This document shows positions 58,688 to 64,000 of a DNA stretch of 64,000 nt, one piece after another. The first letter of the stretch is position 1. Every line of letters begins with the position of its first letter. Made by a program: the position numbers and the translations under genes. Source of the stretch: a virus; IMG/VR virus record IMGVR_UViG_3300042475_005534, positions 1 to 64,000 of that record; one strand, written 5' to 3'. The notes beneath the pieces are model-generated. The model did no database searches. It saw only the letters and a program-made list of their open reading frames with translations, and was not told where the DNA came from.

Positions 58688-59407
58688 TCAATAGGGCCTG
58701 TATTCGTTGCGGCACCACTCGAAGACCTGGCCGTGCATGTCGTAGAGGCCCCAGGCATTGGGTTGGTACTGCTTGACATCGCAGGTGGAATCTGCGTTGA
58801 AGCGTGCCTGGGACTCATCGAGGGTGTCACCGAAAGCGAATTCAGTGGTGGTGCCTGCGCGGCAGGCGTATTCCCACTGTTCTTCTGTGGGGAGGGTGTA
58901 GGTCTTACCTGTAGCCCGGCTGAGGCGGGCACAGAATTCCATGGCGTCATACCAGGAGACGCATTCGACGGGGCGGTCATCGCCCTTGAAGCGTGAGGGA
59001 TCGGGATTGAGATCGCGCTCGACCTTGGGCAGGTTCTCGGCGACCCATCGCCACTGGGCTTGAGTGGTCGGAGTTTCCGCCATCTCAAAGCCCTCGTCGA
59101 TGATCACCTCATGGACCGGCTTCTCATCAGAGAAAGCGGACGGTGAATCAGATCCCATCATGAAGCGCCCTGGAGCGATGGAAACCATCGGCAGGTTGAG
59201 GGCGGAAGCGGAGATGCTGTGATTGGAGGTAGTCATGGTTCCTGAAGAAATGGAAGATGGATGGAGGAGGCGGCAGGGGCGAATCCCGATGATGGGGAGG
59301 GCGCAGGCCTTGTTGACGCTGCCCCGGAGGGTGGCACGGCAGTTGCGTGGTTCGTCACTGATCCAGGAGCCACCGCGCAGCTGCCGATGGGCGTCAAGGG
59401 CTGTCAT
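58688..59407 (-). CDS. FGE-sulfatase (SUMF1/CLec-fold) domain protein, C-terminally truncated or circularly permuted
   Basis: MVSIAPGRFMMGS, EKPVHEV, PVECVSWYDA, LPTEEQWEYACRAG, PNAWGLYDMHGQVFEWC, then stop. One RGGSW module lies N-terminal; alternative start at 59236. Confidence 0.88.
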   Translation of the reverse strand: MTALDAHRQLRGGSWISDEPRNCRATLRGSVNKACALPIIGIRPCRLLHPSSISSGTMTTSNHSISASALNLPMVSIAPGRFMMGSDSPSAFSDEKPVHEVIIDEGFEMAETPTTQAQWRWVAENLPKVERDLNPDPSRFKGDDRPVECVSWYDAMEFCARLSRATGKTYTLPTEEQWEYACRAGTTTEFAFGDTLDESQARFNADSTCDVKQYQPNAWGLYDMHGQVFEWCRNEYRPY

Positions 59408-59766
59408 GGCGCCACCTCCCGAGAGAGGCGGACCACACGAAAGCCGAGGCCGTAGCCGCGGTAGCTACCGACGGGCGGGTCGTCTTCGCGGAAGGCCGAG
59501 CGGCAATAGCTGGGAGCTTCGTCCCAGCCGCCGCCGCGCAGCACCGCCCGGCATGGTGCCACTTCCCGAGGGAGGCGCACCACGCGAAACCCGACGTCGG
59601 TAAGGTTTCCCTCTTCGCCTAAGACGGCCTCACTTAGCTCTGCCTCGTGGCGGCCAGCCGAACGGCAGGTATAGGAGGCTTCGCCATAGGAACCACCGCG
59701 AATGGAGTTTCCCAGGGAAAGCGGTAAATCAAGAGACAGTAGAAAAGGGGACAAGCGATAACCCAT
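59404..59766 (-). CDS. Protein made of two FGE/CLec C-terminal modules
   Basis: 2 x RGG...CRSA.R...GFRVVRL. Confidence 0.78.
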   Translation of the reverse strand: MGYRLSPFLLSLDLPLSLGNSIRGGSYGEASYTCRSAGRHEAELSEAVLGEEGNLTDVGFRVVRLPREVAPCRAVLRGGGWDEAPSYCRSAFREDDPPVGSYRGYGLGFRVVRLSREVAP

Positions 59767-59798
59767 GAGACATCAGAGAGGGGTGCATGCCATGGTGA

Positions 59799-60458
59799 TC
59801 AGGAAGGGGTCACAACAGGCGCCTCTCGGATGAGCCGCAACAGGGATTCCCGCTGCCGGCGAGTTTCGGCGGCCCTGGCGGCGGCCCCGGCGGCGTCCCT
59901 GGCGGCGTCCCAGGCGGCCCAGGCGGCCCCGGCGGCGTCCCTGGCGGCGTCCCAGGCGGCCCAGGCGGCCCTGGCGGCGTCCCTGGCGGCGTCCCAGGCG
60001 GCCCAGGCGGCCCTGGCGGCGGCCCCGGCGGCGGCCCAGGCGTTTTTCTCCCAGACGTTGCCAGAAGCCAGTAAATCCATGCCATCAATAACTGGGTCAA
60101 TAACGGCCTGGATTTCGAGCCGCTGAGGAGGGAGATTCCTTAGGGTTTCACCGAGGAAGGCCCAATGGATCAAGGAGAGGTCTTTACCGTCCGTAGCCAC
60201 AGCGTCGGGGAAGTCGTAGAAGAATTGCTTAGCTTCCTCGAGCGGAAGAGATTCAAAGATGTGTTCCGCGATGCGAAGAATGGACTCAGTGAGCCCAAAT
60301 CGCTCCACAGCAGGAGTGGAGTCGTTTGAATGGGTCAGGCACCCGATGAAGCAGCCTTTGCCGTCTGACCAGTAATTACCCTGGACGACGGAATCCGCCG
60401 TGATGTGTTCGTGGACCTCCTGTTTGAGGAGGTCGGTGTTCTTGGTGAGGGTGGTCAT
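59799..60458 (-). CDS. Phage protein with AAWAAWDAARD tandem repeats
   Basis: KGCFIGC N-terminal domain; GC-rich tandem repeat at ~59868-60041. Confidence 0.75.
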   Translation of the reverse strand: MTTLTKNTDLLKQEVHEHITADSVVQGNYWSDGKGCFIGCLTHSNDSTPAVERFGLTESILRIAEHIFESLPLEEAKQFFYDFPDAVATDGKDLSLIHWAFLGETLRNLPPQRLEIQAVIDPVIDGMDLLASGNVWEKNAWAAAGAAARAAWAAWDAARDAARAAWAAWDAARDAAGAAWAAWDAARDAAGAAARAAETRRQRESLLRLIREAPVVTPS

Positions 60459-60647
60459 AAGAAAAGAATTGAGAGGAGGTTAGCCCGCATGCCATGGCTA
60501 ACAAGTCGCCCGGCACGGCTCTGTAAGAGCGCTAGGACACGCAATTGCTTAATGGCCATGGACTCCAGGAGAGGCCGAGCGACGGCCATGGAAGGGGCCA
60601 CTGGATGGATTAGGGCCCCGCCCGGGTGGATGGGGCCTGGATGTACC

Positions 60648-61211
60648 TCAGAAGGGAACTTCCTCTGAGGTGGGCTCACCCGAGAAGGGAGCCTCGGGCT
60701 CGCTCATCGGAGAGGGGCTATCCAGCCTTGCAACGGGCTGGAAGGACACAACGATCCATTCGGTGTTGCGAGTGCTTACAGGGCCCTCTGGACCGGCAGT
60801 GGTGCCGTGCCAGGGGCGCTCGTATGCAGTGATGCGCACGAGGCGATCGTCTGTGTTGAAGAATTCACCGATGGTCTCAGCGAGTTCGCCGTATGCGGTG
60901 AAGTTCTTCCAGTCGCCGAAGACCCTGGAATTGGTCTTCTTGCTGAGGTATCCATATTGGGCACCAAACTTGATAAAGGCTGTGCCGTTAGGAGTGAAGC
61001 CTTGGCGAGAGCCTTTGGGGGGAGTCCTTTGGAGCCAAAGGGTCTGATTGAGCTGTTCGCCTGAGGACTCCAGCTCAGTGATTCTTGCCTTGGCGGCTTC
61101 GAGCTCAGCGACGAGCTCTTCGTAGATGCCAAAGATGGGCTGTTCTTCGGGAGCTTCAGGTGCCACGGGGGTGGCGGTAGAGGAAGGCTTGGACTTGGTG
61201 GCAGTGGACAT
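60648..61211 (-). CDS. Hypothetical protein, possibly SSB-like
   Basis: WKNFTAYGELAE.I and an acidic tail ending EEVPF. Confidence 0.5.
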   Translation of the reverse strand: MSTATKSKPSSTATPVAPEAPEEQPIFGIYEELVAELEAAKARITELESSGEQLNQTLWLQRTPPKGSRQGFTPNGTAFIKFGAQYGYLSKKTNSRVFGDWKNFTAYGELAETIGEFFNTDDRLVRITAYERPWHGTTAGPEGPVSTRNTEWIVVSFQPVARLDSPSPMSEPEAPFSGEPTSEEVPF

Positions 61212-61233
61212 GGGGATTTCCAGTGAGGGGTAT

Positions 61234-61315
61234 TGAGCCGCACAACAGGCGGTGTGCACTGCTGATTTGGCTCAGTGAATAGGATCAAAGGGAGGGGTGC
61301 CAGGTATGACACCCC
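61234..61315 (-). promoter_or_regulatory. Leader motif copy 5 with upstream GTGTCA-N4-TGGCAC hairpin
   Basis: TGAGCC...TCAGCAGTGCACACCGCCTGTTG...GGCTCA, core at 61256-61265. Confidence 0.75.
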
Positions 61316-61325
61316 AGAAGATACA

Positions 61326-61595
61326 TCAAGCAGCCGCTCGCCGCAGCTGGCGAAGCGTTTGCTGATTATCGAGGCAGAGGGTGCGTGCTGTGGTGACAGC
61401 GGCGACCATCTGCTGGGTGATGGTGAGGCCATCTTGCTTGGCCCAGAGGGCATCAAGGATGACCTCACGGAGGGCTTCGATTTTGCGATCGATAGAGCCT
61501 TGGAGGACCCGCCCAGTGGAGGGGCAGGTCCAGATGCTTGCCCTTGCGAGCAAGCGTAGATCAATAGACAGAGAATGAAGGTTGTTCTCGGTCAT
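61326..61595 (-). CDS. Hypothetical protein
   Basis: 89 aa between repeat units. Confidence 0.55.
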   Translation of the reverse strand: MTENNLHSLSIDLRLLARASIWTCPSTGRVLQGSIDRKIEALREVILDALWAKQDGLTITQQMVAAVTTARTLCLDNQQTLRQLRRAAA

Positions 61596-61601
61596 TGAGG
61601 G

Positions 61602-61738
61602 GTAGCCCGGTTGCTAACCGGGGCGAAGGGATGTGAGCCGTAGACAGCAGGTGGCACTGCTGAGAAGGCTCACTAAAAAAGCCCCACCCGGGGGATAGCC
61701 GGATGGGGCGGGGTAGGGGGTGCCAGATGTGGCACTAG
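61602..61738 (-). repeat. Intergenic repeat unit (hairpin, terminator, leader motif copy 6)
   Basis: CTAGTGCCACATCTGGCACCCCCTACCCCGCCCC...GGGGCTTTTTT...TGAGCC...TCAGCAGTGC...GGCTCACATCC. Confidence 0.85.
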
Positions 61739-61739
61739 C

Positions 61740-61886
61740 TCATCGGTGGATGAGGGGATAGAGGGGGTCGAAGAACAGACCCATGTCGCCATGGCATAGA
61801 GCCAGGCGAAGAATGAAGCCGAGAGCCAGACACCCAGCGAGGTAGGTCTTGGGGTTGGCTTCGGCGAAGGAGGCGATGGTGCGCAT
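61740..61886 (-). CDS. Small hypothetical protein (48 aa)
   Basis: MRTIASFAEANPKTYLAGCLALGFILRL...; fills the gap between two repeat units. Confidence 0.45.
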   Translation of the reverse strand: MRTIASFAEANPKTYLAGCLALGFILRLALCHGDMGLFFDPLYPLIHR

Positions 61887-61890
61887 GTGA

Positions 61891-62024
61891 GTAGCCGGCG
61901 GCTAGCCGGGGGCAAGGGATGTGAGCCGTAGCAGGTGGTGTGCACTGCTGATTTGGCTCAATGGAAAGCCCCACTTGGATGGTTCCGAGCGGGGCGGGGT
62001 AGGGGGTGCCAGATGTGGCACTAG
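61891..62024 (-). repeat. Intergenic repeat unit (leader motif copy 7)
   Basis: Same architecture as 61602-61738; core at 61942-61951. Confidence 0.85.
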
Positions 62025-62212
62025 GTGTACCAGCGGGGATCATCCTCCTCCGGGGAGAGGAGCATGTCCCCTATGGGCATGAAGGAGGAGGAGGAGAAGA
62101 GATCCCATCCGGCGTTGTAGTCGGGATGGGATCGGTAGTCTCCATCGCTATCGATAGCACGCATGTGCATGCATTCGATCGCGGAGCCCATCCAGGCGTG
62201 GTTGATGCTCAT
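62021..62212 (-). CDS. Hypothetical protein
   Basis: 63 aa; its TAG is the CTAG that starts the repeat unit. Confidence 0.5.
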   Translation of the reverse strand: MSINHAWMGSAIECMHMRAIDSDGDYRSHPDYNAGWDLFSSSSFMPIGDMLLSPEEDDPRWYT

Positions 62213-62214
62213 AA

Positions 62215-62433
62215 TCAGTTGATGACAGGGATTTCGGCTACTTGCTCACGGCAGGACGTGTCGAAGAAAGCCTGCATGGAGTGGTCATCTATGGCGTGCT
62301 CACGGCGGGATATTTCGCGGAAGACCTCCATGAGGCGATCATCCACAGATGGGTCTTCCGTGAGGCGGTATTGGTCGGCGAGCTGGTCAGCTAGCTGATG
62401 GAGCTGGAAATCGGAAAGGGATGTAAGGGACAT
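62215..62433 (-). CDS. Hypothetical protein
   Basis: From MSLTSLSD, downstream of motif copy 8. Confidence 0.55.
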   Translation of the reverse strand: MSLTSLSDFQLHQLADQLADQYRLTEDPSVDDRLMEVFREISRREHAIDDHSMQAFFDTSCREQVAEIPVIN

Positions 62434-62440
62434 AGAAACG

Positions 62441-62538
62441 AAGAAGGTGGTGTCCACTGCTGAGTGGACTCAGTAAAAAAGCCCCACTCGGATGACTCCA
62501 AGCGGGGCGGGGGTAGGGGGTGCCAGAGGTGGCACTAG
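62441..62538 (-). repeat. Intergenic repeat unit (leader motif copy 8)
   Basis: CTAGTGCCACCTCTGGCACCCCCTACCCCCGCCCC...GGGGCTTTTTT...TCAGCAGTGGACAC. Confidence 0.85.
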
Positions 62539-62831
62539 AGGGGAGTGTGCTCATGATCAAGGGTGTCGCAGAGGCGATCCCAAATGCTCTGGAGCCTGTC
62601 GGGTCCGGAGCCCCGGAGGCTCTCCCACCAGGCATCACGGGGGCGATACCCGAAGGCATCTTTGTGTAGGTCGCTAAAGAGATCAATGCGGTAGGAATAG
62701 CCCTCGAGCGGGAAGGACTGGGTGGACCAGGCCTCCGGGGAGATATAGGAGCCGTAGATTTCGCGGTCGAAGGATTCCCGTTCTTGCCGCCAAGCAAGGT
62801 CTTCAGGTGAAAGGGTTGCGGAATTAGTCAT
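62535..62831 (-). CDS. Conserved phage hypothetical protein
   Basis: LFSDLHKDAFGYRPR motif. Confidence 0.7.
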   Translation of the reverse strand: MTNSATLSPEDLAWRQERESFDREIYGSYISPEAWSTQSFPLEGYSYRIDLFSDLHKDAFGYRPRDAWWESLRGSGPDRLQSIWDRLCDTLDHEHTPL

Positions 62832-62851
62832 GGAAATTGCGGGTAGCGAAT

Positions 62852-62932
62852 GGATGTGAGCCGTAGCAGGTGGTGTGCACTGCTGATTTGGCTCAATGGA
62901 AAAAGCCCCTGATCCAGTAAAGGACCAGAGGC
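62852..62932 (-). repeat. Leader motif copy 9 with upstream terminator-like hairpin
   Basis: GGATGTGAGCCGTAGCAGGTGGTGTGCACTGCTGATTTGGCTCAATGGAAA is identical to the corresponding part of copy 7. Confidence 0.85.
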
Positions 62933-62939
62933 GAAGGGA

Positions 62940-63119
62940 TCAAGCAATCGCTTGAGTCCGAAGTGTGGCGAGAAGGCGGCGAGCCCTCTCGATGCAGTAA
63001 CTCGTGGACTGGGGCCATAGTCCACGCGCTCCCTTGAGGGGGTAGACGCTAACTGCAACGGTCTCAGGATTGAGAGTGCTGAAGCGGTAGACCCGATCAG
63101 CAAGAATGACGGTAGCCAT
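62940..63119 (-). CDS. Hypothetical protein (59 aa)
   Basis: From MATVILADRVYRF, downstream of motif copy 10. Confidence 0.5.
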   Translation of the reverse strand: MATVILADRVYRFSTLNPETVAVSVYPLKGARGLWPQSTSYCIERARRLLATLRTQAIA

Positions 63120-63182
63120 TGAGGTTGCTGCTGCAATAGCAGTAGTTGTCGGGCGCTTATCTCCCGTGAAAGCGCTATGCTT

Positions 63183-63209
63183 CTCAACAGATGGTGTGCA
63201 CTGCTGAGT
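63183..63209 (-). promoter_or_regulatory. Conserved leader hairpin motif, copy 10
   Basis: CTCAGCAGTGCACACCATCTGTTGAG, core at 63198-63207. Confidence 0.7.
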
Positions 63210-64000
63210 TGCTTCACTGATGATGTGATCATGAGTAGTGCAACCGCGCTGCGTGCGTGAGTGTGTGCGAAAGGGAGCGGGAGTGGGAGCGTAGCGTAGG
63301 GAGCTAGGGAAGCGAGAGATAGCAGGTGCTGCAAGGGAAGGGGAGGATGAGAGATGTAAGGGTAAGATAGAGATAGTGAGGGTAGAGTATAAGAGTAGAG
63401 CGTAGTATAGGGAGTGTAGCAAAAGTATAGAAAGGATAAAAGGAACCAGGGAGGCATAGCATATGCCGCAACTATCGCTGCTGCTGCTGCATCCGCTGCA
63501 TTGGCGCTAGCTGCTGCTATGCATTAGCTACGCGACCTGCTGCTACGCGTTGCGGCAAGGCACGTATCCCCCCTCGCTGCTCCGCTCGCGGCGCTTGCTG
63601 CTGCTGCTGACAGGGGCGCTACATGCCTAATCTTTTTTTTCCTCCCAGGTTCCCATTTTGCGTGGGGGGTTTTTGATGTATGGAGCGCGCCGCAAAAAAT
63701 TTTCAGAATTCCATAGGGGAGCTTGCTTCTGTTGCTTGATTCATGGGGTGAAAGGCGTTATGATTCGCAGTGCGCGACACAGCATGCAAGCGCAACCAAC
63801 CATCGGAGCAACCCCAATGACCGATCCAAAACCCCAGCACCCAACGAATCCCCCTAATTCGCCGGATCACTTCTGGGCTGTGGAATCCGGACGACAGGGC
63901 TGGCGTCTCCCCACAGGAGGAAGCGCAGGAGGAGGGGCTGCTGCGGCGTCTTGTAATCCGGCTAGCGGCCTGTCCGCTTTTGCAGGGCGGGTCCCTGGGC

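Noticed and set aside
57396-59766. Complete diversity-generating retroelement
   Set aside because: No reverse transcriptase, avd gene or AAC-rich template repeat is visible in the window; only variable-region-like modules are supported.
61719-61736. Sigma54 promoter from TGGCAC
   Set aside because: No TTGC at the required spacing; the hexamer is part of an inverted repeat.
61234-62932. CRISPR array or integron attC array
   Set aside because: Intervals are irregular, hundreds of bp long and contain whole ORFs. There are no cas genes and no RYYYAAC/GTTRRRY core pairs.
47401-63209. Hammerhead ribozyme reading of the CTGCTGA motif
   Set aside because: The core differs from CUGANGA, there is no consistent GAAA partner, and G-U pairing favours the opposite strand.
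62828-63457. 209-aa and 160-aa minus-strand ORFs
   Set aside because: They arise from pyrimidine-rich low-complexity sequence and run across leader motifs; only 62940-63119 was retained.
1-64000. tRNA or rRNA genes
   Set aside because: No cloverleaf or rRNA signature recognised by eye; tRNAscan-SE would be needed to exclude them.

Overview
A 64-kb segment of a dsDNA tailed phage genome, probably a temperate phage of a picocyanobacterium. The host call is an inference from a cyanobacterial-type tyrosine integrase, a DUF3288-like gene and -10-only promoter-like sites. The left part (1-19.5 kb) holds the structural and lysis genes: tail fibres, an N4-gp56-like major capsid gene split by a group I intron with a LAGLIDADG endonuclease, an integrase/excisionase pair flanking a tail-fibre cassette, and a lysozyme. 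The middle (19.7-46 kb) holds nucleotide-metabolism and replication genes: ThyX, dNMP kinase, primase/VapE helicase with an adjacent iteron-like region, intein-containing dCTP deaminase, exonuclease, SSB and an S8 protease. The right part (46-63.5 kb) is a minus-strand array of small early-type genes. Two things stand out there. First, an FGE-sulfatase (C-type-lectin-fold) gene lacks its C-terminal RGGSW...GFRVV segment and is surrounded by nine divergent copies of exactly that segment. These resemble the variable regions of diversity-generating retroelements (DGRs), but no reverse transcriptase or template repeat is in the window. Second, a conserved hairpin motif (TCAGCAGTGCACAC) occurs ten times, each just upstream of a minus-strand gene. 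No terminase, portal, DNA polymerase, tRNA or CRISPR array was recognised. All family assignments come from motif recognition by eye, not from database searches.
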